Shown in pieces: positions 46,040 through 55,025 of a stretch of DNA of 64,000 nucleotides. Source of the DNA: a virus. Position numbers and translations under genes: made by a program. The notes beneath the pieces are model-generated. The model saw only the letters and a list, made by a program, of their open reading frames with translations, was not told where the DNA came from and did not search any database. The stretch lies in IMG/VR virus record IMGVR_UViG_3300045988_154040. The stretch is one strand, 5' to 3'. How positions within the stretch are numbered: the stretch's first letter is position 1; each line of letters begins with the position of its first letter.

Positions 46040-47185
46040 ATGGTAACAAAACCAATACTTAACGCTATGATAGCGTTTGATGCTACCAATCCAGCAACGT
46101 TTACATTTTATTCTGTTAGTGGTAATCAGGTAGTAAAAAATCAGCTTACTATACGAAATAATTCTACAAATCAGATAATCTATCAAAATTCTGTAGAGAC
46201 TTTTAAATTTGAGCATACTGTTCCTGGTGGGACTTTAACTAATGGAACATATTATAATGCTTCTATTATCACTTATGATGCTACAGGAGAAGCAAGTACT
46301 CCTAGTGAGCCTATACAGTTTTGGTGTTATAGCGCACCTACTTTAACTTTTACTAATATTCCTCCTACATTGATTATAAATGCTTCAAGTTTTTTATTTG
46401 AGTTTACTTATAATCAGGCACAAGGAGAATTGTTAAATTACTATTCTGTTATTTTATATAACTCAAATCATAGTGAAATAAATAACAGTGGAGAAATTTA
46501 TCCTGGGGCCGGGACACCTCCGTTATCATTATCTTATTTATTAACAGGTTTTGATGATAGAACTTCTTATTATATAGAGGTAAAGGGGTATACAGTCAAT
46601 GGAACTTTAGTTACTACAGGACAGACTTTGTTTACAGTAACTTATTCTAGTCCTTCTGTTTTTGGTATTTTAGGATTGACAAATGACTGTAAAGAAGGAT
46701 ATATTACAGGAGAATCTATTATTTCTATTATTGAAGGTGAAAGTAATCCTTCTCCACCTATATTTATCGACAATGCTACAGGTCAAGAAATTGACTTAAG
46801 AGGTGAGGGGCATTGGGTAAGATGGGTGAGCGGATTCCAGGCAAATGGAGATTTCACTGCACAATGGTGGATGCGTGACATGAATCCTGATACAGAAATC
46901 AGTTATTTTTACAATAATATAGGACAAAAAATAACCTTTACTTATAGACATGGTTATTATAGAAATGAAACTACTTTAAAAACTTATGTAGAGTTATGGT
47001 GTACTAATAATGCTATAACAGGAGATATTTACTTTAGATATAGTAATTATATTCCCCTTCCTGCTGACACTGATTATTTAACTTTATGGGTAAGAAGGAT
47101 TGGAAATATATACGATATTATGTTGGTTAATTTAGGGCCTGTAATCCCCGTAGCCAAAGTTATAGGAGGTGGAGAGAATGTTTAG
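46040..47185 (+). CDS. tail/baseplate structural protein
   Basis: 381-aa beta-rich ORF directly after the tape measure region. Confidence 0.55.
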   Translation: MVTKPILNAMIAFDATNPATFTFYSVSGNQVVKNQLTIRNNSTNQIIYQNSVETFKFEHTVPGGTLTNGTYYNASIITYDATGEASTPSEPIQFWCYSAPTLTFTNIPPTLIINASSFLFEFTYNQAQGELLNYYSVILYNSNHSEINNSGEIYPGAGTPPLSLSYLLTGFDDRTSYYIEVKGYTVNGTLVTTGQTLFTVTYSSPSVFGILGLTNDCKEGYITGESIISIIEGESNPSPPIFIDNATGQEIDLRGEGHWVRWVSGFQANGDFTAQWWMRDMNPDTEISYFYNNIGQKITFTYRHGYYRNETTLKTYVELWCTNNAITGDIYFRYSNYIPLPADTDYLTLWVRRIGNIYDIMLVNLGPVIPVAKVIGGGENV

Positions 47186-48107
47186 TTTCGTAGGTTACAA
47201 CTTCGTACAAGATAGTAACGCCCTCGACCCATCACCTAGTAGTGTAAATAACATAACTAGCATTAAGTTACAGAATGGTATTTACGATTATTTTCATTTG
47301 ACCAATAATGTAACAGCCGAATATTCTCCTATTGAGCCTTTAGAATGGGCTTATTTGGATATTATCAATGCTAATTTTAATGGTAATATCAATGGTGGTA
47401 ACGTTGAGTTCTTATTGGATTATTTGACAGCTATCAAAGTAAAGAGAAGAATAAAAGGAACTTTCAACTGGGTAACTTTGAAAACAGTTCCAGTTAAAAC
47501 ATTTGATGATTTAAACTTCGTGTTTAGGGATTATCTTAACGGAAATTTTGTGGATTATGAGTATGCTTTGGTTCCAATTCTAAATGGGGCCGAAGGAGAT
47601 TATATAACCAATAGTATTACCAGCCAATTTGCAGGAGTGTTCTTATGTGATAAGGATACTATATACAAATATTATGCTGGTGTTTCTTATGGTAGTGCAA
47701 AACGTGTGAAAAAAGTAGGAGTATTTGAAGCTTTTGGTAGTCAATACCCTATTGTAGTATCAAATGCTTTAACGAATTATCACTCTGGTAGTGTAAGTGG
47801 AACGATTCTTCCTAAAGATTATGATGAAACTAGAGCCTTAAATAGAATGGCGATTGTACAGCAAGGTAAAGAATTAATTGACTTTATTACAAATAATAAA
47901 GCGAAAATTCTAAAGGATTGGAACGGAAATATCTTTTTAATTATGCCAGTTGGTGAACCTACAACCACTTATAATAATAATTGGGGCATGGGTAAGATTG
48001 ATGTAAACTTTGAATATGTGGAAGTAGGAGACGCTAATTCAGAAAGTGATTTAATGTCATTAGGACTGATTGAACCCTCAGTAGATACTTCTACACTTGG
48101 TGAATAA
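47169..48107 (+). CDS. tail/baseplate structural protein
   Basis: 312-aa ORF overlapping the upstream gene. Confidence 0.55.
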   Translation: MERMFSFVGYNFVQDSNALDPSPSSVNNITSIKLQNGIYDYFHLTNNVTAEYSPIEPLEWAYLDIINANFNGNINGGNVEFLLDYLTAIKVKRRIKGTFNWVTLKTVPVKTFDDLNFVFRDYLNGNFVDYEYALVPILNGAEGDYITNSITSQFAGVFLCDKDTIYKYYAGVSYGSAKRVKKVGVFEAFGSQYPIVVSNALTNYHSGSVSGTILPKDYDETRALNRMAIVQQGKELIDFITNNKAKILKDWNGNIFLIMPVGEPTTTYNNNWGMGKIDVNFEYVEVGDANSESDLMSLGLIEPSVDTSTLGE

Positions 48108-48127
48108 AGAAAGGAGTAGATTAATAA

Positions 48128-49543
48128 ATGGCTTTAGTTATTAATCAGGATTTATATACTGTTACAAAGCAAAGAGTTAAAAATCGTCAGATAAAAATTA
48201 ATCTACTCAATTATTCTTATCAGATAGTAGATGAAATTACAGGTAATGTTGTAAGTGGAACCATTAATGTTGATGCTAATAATGACCAGCGAAGGTCTTG
48301 CAACATTACCTTAGTTGTAGATGATAGGAATGAATTTGAGATTAAGAGTGGTGGAAAAATTTGGTTAGATAAGTACATTCAGATTTTTGTTTCTGAGTTT
48401 AATTTCTTAACACAGGAATGGCAGTGGGTTAATTTGGGTATTTATATTATTAATACTCCCACATGGGCTTATGATGCTTCTACAAATGCTTTATCTTTTG
48501 AAGGTTTAGACTTAATGGCTAAATTAACAGGTGTAAGAAATGGATATATTAGTGATATGCCTACACTTATTCCCCAGGGAAGTAATGTACGTAATGCTAT
48601 TATTGAAATTTTGAAATTGGCAGGAGTAGAAAAGTATATTGTAGAAGAATTACCTTATACTTTACCTTATGATATACAGGTAGATATAGGAGATACAGTC
48701 TATAATTTATTGGCTCAATTAAGAGATGTTGATGCTACAAAGGAAATCTTCTTTGATGTAAATGGAGTATTTAAATATCAAAGCATTCCTAGTGGTCATG
48801 ATGAAGCGTCCCTTATAGATGATGATGTATGGAACATAGTTACATTGACAGAATCTATTGTTACAGATTTTGAATCAGTAAAAAATGTAATAAGAGTATT
48901 TGGAAAATCTCTTGACCCAACATATTTTCCTTCGGCAACAACAGTTACAAACAATATAATTAATCTGACAATTGCAGATTATCCTACTAATATTACTGCT
49001 GATACAAGTTTCACTGTAGGTTGGGTAAATCCTATAACTATGGGTGGAAATCCTTTTATAAAAGTAAATTCTAATACTGCTTTACCTCTTGTTAATGAAG
49101 ATGGAACGCCAGCGGCATTAGATAGAGCCAATCAATACTATGTTGCCAGATATCAAAATCAGAAATTTATATTTTTGGGATATCAGCAAATATATGGAGA
49201 AGCTAAAGATGAAAACCCAGAAAGTCCTTTCTATATAGGAAGTACAATAGGAGAAATTGCTATTCCTTTACAGGGTGGAGAATATGACAATATTCATACT
49301 AACGAATTAGCTCGTCAAAGAGCAAAATATGAATTATTCTTGCGTACAAGAATGAATGATGGAGTTAATTTAACATGTGTTCCTATTTGGTGGCTGGATG
49401 TAAATATAGTTGTTTCGTATACAGTAAAGGATACTAATACGCCAAAACAATATATTATTAAAAGCTTTTCAGCGGATTTGCAAGAAACTGGTGTTCAGAA
49501 TATCAGTATGATATCTTATTATCCGCAATATGAATCTTTTTAA
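48128..49543 (+). CDS. tail-associated (Tal/hub-like) structural protein
   Basis: The N-terminal pattern ...GNVVSGTINVDANNDQRRSCNITLVVDD resembles siphovirus tail hub/minor tail proteins (recalled). Confidence 0.5.
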   Translation: MALVINQDLYTVTKQRVKNRQIKINLLNYSYQIVDEITGNVVSGTINVDANNDQRRSCNITLVVDDRNEFEIKSGGKIWLDKYIQIFVSEFNFLTQEWQWVNLGIYIINTPTWAYDASTNALSFEGLDLMAKLTGVRNGYISDMPTLIPQGSNVRNAIIEILKLAGVEKYIVEELPYTLPYDIQVDIGDTVYNLLAQLRDVDATKEIFFDVNGVFKYQSIPSGHDEASLIDDDVWNIVTLTESIVTDFESVKNVIRVFGKSLDPTYFPSATTVTNNIINLTIADYPTNITADTSFTVGWVNPITMGGNPFIKVNSNTALPLVNEDGTPAALDRANQYYVARYQNQKFIFLGYQQIYGEAKDENPESPFYIGSTIGEIAIPLQGGEYDNIHTNELARQRAKYELFLRTRMNDGVNLTCVPIWWLDVNIVVSYTVKDTNTPKQYIIKSFSADLQETGVQNISMISYYPQYESF

Positions 49544-49554
49544 GGAGGTAAGAA

Positions 49555-50301
49555 ATGAGTGTATTATATCCATCACTTTCTAATACAACGTTTCCAAATA
49601 CTATTCAAAATTTTGTAACTTTTTTAAATATTACTCCTACTGATGCTTCTTTGATTCAGAAATATCAACTTGCAGTACAGTCGGGTAATATGGAAGAAGC
49701 AGAAAATATATTTGGGCAGATACAGAATGGTAATCAGAAAATTATTGATGCTACTAAATTAAATACTTTAGTAGACACTACAGTTGCATTAGAAAACTTT
49801 TTTAAAACTGATGTACTTCCTTATATAGAAGTTAAACAGAGTGAATGGCAAAATATCATTAATTTATTTAATTATAAGGGAGTTTTTAGTCCTGTTACAA
49901 CGTATGTTAAGAATAATTTTGTAACTTATACTTATAATGGTGTAGAATATGTATATATTGCTACCAGTAATCCTCCTGTTGGAGCCGACCCAACAAATAC
50001 GGCTTATTGGAGAAATATTTCTATTCGTGGAGAAAAAGGTGATTCTGGTGTAGGAATGTCTTTTCTTTATGCATGGGATTCTACAGTTCATTATTCAGAA
50101 CAGAATATAGTAACTTATGGAAATTATGTATGGGGAGCGACTAAGGAAAACCAAAATCAAGCCCCTTTTGAGGGTTCGGAGTATTGGTCTAACATAGGTA
50201 CGATTAGACCCCGTGTAATCCCTGTTACCAGTTCTTACCCGGCTTTGCAGGAGACAGGAGATTTATGGTTTAGAGTTTTATCAGATGGGGGGGGTATATA
50301 A
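49555..50301 (+). CDS. tail fibre/receptor-binding protein with carbohydrate-binding-like repeats; ends in a G8 tract
   Basis: Repeats of type Y..NNFVTY..GVEYVY.A...P.....P.N..YW. Tandem paralog of 50305-51015. Confidence 0.55.
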   Translation: MSVLYPSLSNTTFPNTIQNFVTFLNITPTDASLIQKYQLAVQSGNMEEAENIFGQIQNGNQKIIDATKLNTLVDTTVALENFFKTDVLPYIEVKQSEWQNIINLFNYKGVFSPVTTYVKNNFVTYTYNGVEYVYIATSNPPVGADPTNTAYWRNISIRGEKGDSGVGMSFLYAWDSTVHYSEQNIVTYGNYVWGATKENQNQAPFEGSEYWSNIGTIRPRVIPVTSSYPALQETGDLWFRVLSDGGGI

Positions 50302-50304
50302 AAG

Positions 50305-51015
50305 ATGGAAAATCTATCTGATTTTAGTGGTACAGGTTTTGACATTATTAAATGGCAGGACTTAGCTTTAAAAAATGAAAATTTAAGACAACAGTTTATG
50401 CAGTATTTTAAAGAAGGGTACTATTCTCAGGCATTGGCTCTTATTACAAATAATGCTGATATTGATTCAGAAACAGTAAGACCAGAAGTGTTTAATATGA
50501 TAAATACTTCTTTAACTTATTTACAGAATCTTTATTATAATTCTGTAGAAGTAGTATTATCAGAAGATGAACAGCAATTTCAGTATATGATAAACAATTT
50601 TATAAATAAAAAAGAATTTAGTGCAACAGAAGTGTATGTTCCTTATAATTTTGTAGTTTATAATGAACAGATATATATGTGTATAAAAGAAACTACGGCA
50701 GGTATTCTTCCTACAAATACAGATTATTGGCTTCTAATTGGATTAAAAGGAGAGATAGGAGCTACAGCTATTGATATTACTTTAAGATATAAATGGGATT
50801 ATAAGATTACTTATTCTCCTAAAGATGTAGTAACTTATAATAATGTGTTATACGTAGCAAAAAATAGAAATAATAATTCTCAACCTGACATTAATCCAGA
50901 AGATTGGGAAGTATTTATGACTATTCCCAGAGCCAAGATTATTGTATCTGCAACAGAACCTAATCCAGATGCATTAGTTGAGGGAGGACAATGGTGGAAA
51001 ATTATTGTAGGGTAA
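50305..51015 (+). CDS. tail fibre/receptor-binding paralog
   Basis: YVPYNFVVYNEQIYMCIKETTAGILPTNTDYW and YSPKDVVTYNNVLYVAKNRNNNSQPDINPEDW parallel the repeats in the upstream gene. Confidence 0.55.
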   Translation: MENLSDFSGTGFDIIKWQDLALKNENLRQQFMQYFKEGYYSQALALITNNADIDSETVRPEVFNMINTSLTYLQNLYYNSVEVVLSEDEQQFQYMINNFINKKEFSATEVYVPYNFVVYNEQIYMCIKETTAGILPTNTDYWLLIGLKGEIGATAIDITLRYKWDYKITYSPKDVVTYNNVLYVAKNRNNNSQPDINPEDWEVFMTIPRAKIIVSATEPNPDALVEGGQWWKIIVG

Positions 51016-51345
51016 TTCCTGCCAAAATACAAGGCGCTTATAGTGACCGATTTAAAAAGGTTGAAACTACATGGGAAAAAGATACAATAGGATTTTTTTA
51101 ATTCAGCAGGAGTAGAGGTAGATTATAAATATTTATCTTTTAGGGTTCCTGCTGATATTAACCCAAATGAGTATATGGATGCACACCCCACTACAGTATT
51201 ATTTATTCCATATAAAAGTGGAAATGATTATTCTGTAAGTGAAACCATAGAAGATTCTAATGAAGGAAATGAATCAGCTATTGAATTATCTCAATTGAAT
51301 AGCTTTTTTACCCTTCACACGAATGAGTGTTTCTTTTTATATTGA
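50991..51345 (+). CDS. two-frame ORF: 50991-51101, then the +1 frame 51100-51345, joined at T7-TAA
   Basis: ATG at 50991 with GGGAGG 3 nt upstream. Frame 0 ends GGA TTT TTT TAA. The +1 frame is open for 81 further codons with no start of its own (NSAGVEVDYKYLSFRVPADINPNEY...). Confidence 0.35.
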
Positions 51346-51451
51346 GCCTACTCAAATAGGCTTAACATATTCTGCTGATGTAGACACGTATATGAAGAAT
51401 AATTATACGTGATTGATATAAATATAAAAATAATTGAAAGGAGTGGTAAAA

Positions 51452-51817
51452 ATGGCTCAAATAAACATTGAAATGAACGTAAAAAATGATACTGGGTATG
51501 ACCAGCTTCATCCTAAAACCAATGTTAATGTAGTAGAAGGAGCGGCCCCTAAATCCATAGGGGCTACTGCTACTGCCACTGTAGCAGGATGGACAGGGAC
51601 AGTCGCACCATTTACGCAAGTAATTGATATAGCAGGAGTTACAGCTACAAATAATATTGAAGTTGGTTTGGCTTCTACTATCACTTTAGACCAGATTAAA
51701 ATGGCTATGAAATGTATTATTCAATGTACGGCTCAGGCTAATAATCAAATAACTTTGACAGCGTTTAAAAATAAACCTACAATTGATTTACCTATTCAAG
51801 TAATAATTTTAGGTTAA
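51452..51817 (+). CDS. tail-fibre-associated small structural protein
   Basis: MAQINIEMNVKNDTGYDQLHPKTNVNVV... has an N-terminus typical of Firmicutes phage fibre proteins (recalled). RBS AAAGGAG lies 8 nt upstream. Confidence 0.55.
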   Translation: MAQINIEMNVKNDTGYDQLHPKTNVNVVEGAAPKSIGATATATVAGWTGTVAPFTQVIDIAGVTATNNIEVGLASTITLDQIKMAMKCIIQCTAQANNQITLTAFKNKPTIDLPIQVIILG

Positions 51818-51875
51818 GAATAAAATAATTTTTAATTTGACTGTATAAAAATTTAAAGAAAGGAAACAATTAAGT

Positions 51876-52160
51876 ATGGCTATAATGAATAACTTTACTT
51901 CTGGTGGTGCGCCTACAGATGAATTAACAGCAACCCCAGCAGAAGTAATGAAAGGCTATAAATTTTTAGGCAGTGGTTCTGATGATGAACAAGTAGGTAC
52001 ATTAGAATTAACAGGAAATGCTTTAGTTAATCATGTGTTACAAGGAGAAACATTTTATAGTACAAATCCTAAACAGAAACTTACAGGTACTATGACTGTA
52101 AATAGTATATTTTCTTTTAAGGCGCAAGTAGTCAGTGGGCGGCAGATTTTGTTTACGTAG
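51876..52160 (+). CDS. tail-fibre-like protein, probably truncated
   Basis: TATPAEVMKGYKFLGSG...LTGTM motif. After the TAG stop, the sequence continues in broken frames as QNPTTATRKPF / SSDGRNRVIYRS. Confidence 0.45.
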   Translation: MAIMNNFTSGGAPTDELTATPAEVMKGYKFLGSGSDDEQVGTLELTGNALVNHVLQGETFYSTNPKQKLTGTMTVNSIFSFKAQVVSGRQILFT

Positions 52161-52297
52161 CAAAATCCGACTACTGCGACAAGGAAGCCGTTCTAGTGAT
52201 GGCAGAAATCGTGTTATTTATAGAAGTTTTGGTATCATTTTAGCCATTCTTCATTAATTTTAAAAATAAATTTTAAGAATGAAAGGAAAAGAAAGAA

Positions 52298-53017
52298 ATG
52301 ATTGTACATCAAGTTTATGCATATATTTGGAAAGAAACTGTAATGAATGTAGTAGTGTGTGATAATTACGAATTAGCTAACAATAATGCTAAAGGTAGCT
52401 ATGGAAATGATGCTTTTGCTGTAGATTGTTTGCAGTATCCATGTCAAATTGGAGATAAATATATTGATGGAAAATTCTATAAAGTTCCCGAAGCTCATGT
52501 AGATGGGGTTATGGTTGCTACAGCTATAGAAAATATTCCTGTAGATATTAGCAAATTGGTAGAAATTGAATATGTTCCAACACAGGAACAGGAGGTTGCT
52601 ACTTTAAAAGCGCAGAATGCTATATTAGCTACTGCTACTTCGTTTATTGCTAATACTTTTACAGATGAACAGGCCGTTAAAGTAGTAGACCTTTATCCTT
52701 TTTGGTCAGGCAATGGTGTAAAATACGAAGTAGGAGAAAGAGTAAAGGATGAAAATTATATTCTTTACAAAGTCATTACTGCTCATACCTCACAAGAAGA
52801 TTGGAAGCCTTCTGTATCTCCTTCTTTATTTGCAGAGGTTTTGGTGGAAAATCCTAATGAAATTACAGATTGGAAACAGCCTGATAGTACAAATGGGTAT
52901 GAAAAGGATATAGTAGTACGTCATAATGGAAAGGAGTGGAAGTCCCTTGTAAATAATAATGTATGGGAACCAGGAGTAGTAGGAACAGAATCTTTATGGG
53001 AAGAAGTAATAAAATAA
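52298..53017 (+). CDS. protein with CBM5/12-like carbohydrate-binding repeats (fibre or assembly factor)
   Basis: YEVGERVKDENYILYKVITAHTSQEDWKPSVSPSLF and VVRHNGKEWKSLVNNNVWEPGVVGTESLWEEV. Confidence 0.5.
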   Translation: MIVHQVYAYIWKETVMNVVVCDNYELANNNAKGSYGNDAFAVDCLQYPCQIGDKYIDGKFYKVPEAHVDGVMVATAIENIPVDISKLVEIEYVPTQEQEVATLKAQNAILATATSFIANTFTDEQAVKVVDLYPFWSGNGVKYEVGERVKDENYILYKVITAHTSQEDWKPSVSPSLFAEVLVENPNEITDWKQPDSTNGYEKDIVVRHNGKEWKSLVNNNVWEPGVVGTESLWEEVIK

Positions 53018-53099
53018 ATATTAAGGGAGAAAATAAAACATAGAGAATAATTTAGTAATATTTTTGCCGATTTTTATTCAGTAGATTTATTTTTATATA

Positions 53100-53128
53100 T
53101 TGAATAAAATAGTAATAAATAATATATA
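53100..53128 (+). promoter_or_regulatory. sigma-A-type promoter TTGAAT-17 bp-TATATA
   Basis: TTGAAT at 53100-53105 and TATATA at 53123-53128. Confidence 0.45.
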
Positions 53129-53200
53129 AAATACTCTAAATAGAGTATAATATAAATGTAACTAAAAAAATAAAGGTTTTAAGAAAGAGAGGAATTTAAA

Positions 53201-53362
53201 ATGGCAAATTTTAAAGGTCATAGTGACAAGAGGACACCGGAGCAGAGAAAGAATGATGCTATCAATCGTAGGGAAGATTTAACTCCTACAGCTTTAAACA
53301 CAGAAAAGAATTATGTAACCACAGGGCCGGCTACTGGTAAATCAGACGAACGTAAAGATTGA
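53201..53362 (+). CDS. small highly charged hydrophilic protein (53 aa)
   Basis: Hand-translated MANFKGHSDKRTPEQRKNDAINREDLTPTALNTEKNYVTTGPATGKSDERKD. It has its own promoter and terminator. Confidence 0.5.
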   Translation: MANFKGHSDKRTPEQRKNDAINRREDLTPTALNTEKNYVTTGPATGKSDERKD

Positions 53363-53369
53363 TGTTATT

Positions 53370-53393
53370 AAGGGAGGGATAATATCCTCCCTT
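53370..53393 (+). terminator. rho-independent terminator
   Basis: AAGGGAGG(G)AT-AAT-ATCCTCCCTT. Confidence 0.6.
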
Positions 53394-53438
53394 TACATAT
53401 TTTTAGAATATGAATAAAAGGAAAAGAGGGAATAAAAA

Positions 53439-53884
53439 ATGAATATACTAAATCGTTTTCCAACGGGGGGGTTATCTTCTGAGGTCACAGCAACTAACAA
53501 CCAACTTTTAACAGGGTATACAGCTATAACGGCTAACTCAATCTGTTACTCTTATGAAGGGTTCTAATATAACACCTAATACATCTGTAGTAACAATTCC
53601 TACCAAGAAGTTATAATTTAATTCCTTATAATTTAATTAATGTTGAAGTAAATCCTCCAACTTCATCTATTTCTTTATCTACAGTTTATAGGAGTATAGT
53701 ATTTCATTATGGGAGCGATTTAAATACAAGAGATGCATTTATAAATTCAACGAAACCATCAACTTATGTATTTAGTTTTGATATATCAGGAATAAATGCA
53801 ACTAAATGGTTTACGTTTATGTTCTTTTATAAAGAAAATACCAGTGCTTATAAAGGAATTATAAATCGTATTTGGTTTAGCTAA
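53439..53884 (+). pseudogene. frameshifted tail-fibre-like gene (paralog of the 51876-52160 N-terminus) containing a G7 tract
   Basis: MNILNRFPTGGLSSEVTATNNQLLTGYTAITANS parallels MNNFTSGGAPTDELTATPAEVMKGYKFLGSG. The reading frame breaks twice into three open segments ending at 53884. Confidence 0.5.
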
Positions 53885-53902
53885 AAAGAAAGGAAGATTA
53901 TT

Positions 53903-54823
53903 ATGGCAGATTTAAAAACGGCAAAAGGACTAGTGGAATTTGCACAGTCTAAAATTGGTACACATTATGCATATGGAGCAAAAGGAGAGATACTTACTAA
54001 AACAAAAATATATTCCTGGGCTAGAATGTATCCTAACATTTATACTCAGTCTTATATAAACCAGCTTTTAAAATGGGTTGGTGAGTATGCAGTTGATTGT
54101 TCTGGTCTTATTTCATGGTATACTGGTATCATTCGTGGTTCCAGTAATTTTGAACAGACTGGTACAAACAAGATACAGCCTTCAAAACTTGATGATGGTA
54201 AGTTTGGTTGGGCGGTATGGAAAAATGGTCATATCGGCATTGTAGAGAGTTCTACCAAGGTCATAGAGGCAAAAGGTATCAATTATGGCACCATCCGAAG
54301 CAACAGGACTTCTACCCCATGGGTAAACGCTTTCCAGATAAAGGATATTAATTATCAGGCAGAAGAAGGTTTACAGGGATGGAAAAAGGTTAAGGATGGA
54401 TATGTATATTTTCAGAATGGAGTTATGCTGAAAAATGCATGGGTAAGGGATAAAGACAGATGGTATATTTTAGCTGGTGATGGCCTAATGATTCATGACG
54501 ATTGGTTTTATGAGAATGGAAGATGGTATTATTTGGCTGGGGATGGCGGTATGATTTCTAACCAGTGGCTTTTATATAAGGATAATTGGTATTATTTTGA
54601 TGGGGCTGGGGTTTGTTTAACAGACACATGGTATAAATATAATGGAGACTGGTATTACTTAGATGGTACAGGAGCTATGCATAAAGGAATGCTTTATGAT
54701 AATGGTGAATGGTATTATTTGGATAACGAAGGTAAATTAGTTACAAATAAAAGTATTGTGTTTGATGCTAAAGATGATGGAGCATTAAAATTTGCTGGAC
54801 TTGTAAATAAATTTGATGAATAA
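53903..54823 (+). CDS. endolysin: NlpC/P60-type peptidase plus choline-binding-type cell-wall repeats
   Basis: AVDCSGLISW...GHIGIV (Cys/His). The C-terminus has five to six G(W/D)xxxxGxWYYLxxxG repeats. Confidence 0.85.
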   Translation: MADLKTAKGLVEFAQSKIGTHYAYGAKGEILTKTKIYSWARMYPNIYTQSYINQLLKWVGEYAVDCSGLISWYTGIIRGSSNFEQTGTNKIQPSKLDDGKFGWAVWKNGHIGIVESSTKVIEAKGINYGTIRSNRTSTPWVNAFQIKDINYQAEEGLQGWKKVKDGYVYFQNGVMLKNAWVRDKDRWYILAGDGLMIHDDWFYENGRWYYLAGDGGMISNQWLLYKDNWYYFDGAGVCLTDTWYKYNGDWYYLDGTGAMHKGMLYDNGEWYYLDNEGKLVTNKSIVFDAKDDGALKFAGLVNKFDE

Positions 54824-54836
54824 TGGAGGTAAAAAT

Positions 54837-55025
54837 ATGGTAACTATGAGTAAGTGGGGGGGGGCAAACGGTACTGCCGAAGCAGAATTTTGTGGCTTAA
54901 GTACTGATAATAAACCCGTAGATGAAGGAATTCCTAATGGTTCATCATTTTTTGAGATGGATACATTTAAAGTATATTTCTTTAATAAAGCGACAAAAAC
55001 ATGGATAACTGAGGGAGGTGTTTAA
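54837..55025 (+). CDS. small protein with a G9 tract at codons 7-10
   Basis: ATG at 54837 with GGAGG 7 nt upstream: MVTMSKWGGANGTAEAEFCGLSTDNKPVDEGIPNGSSFFEMDTFKVYFFNKATKTWITEGGV. Confidence 0.55.
   Translation: MVTMSKWGGANGTAEAEFCGLSTDNKPVDEGIPNGSSFFEMDTFKVYFFNKATKTWITEGGV
54856..54864 (+). repeat. homopolymeric G9 tract
   Basis: Read directly from the sequence. Confidence 0.95.

Noticed and set aside
50287-50294. Frameshift at the G8 tract fusing fibre genes 49555-50301 and 50305-51015
   Set aside because: The two genes are already in the same frame, separated by a TAA. Both shifted frames hit stops within about 25 codons, so no fusion product is possible. The tract remains notable only as part of the poly-G set.
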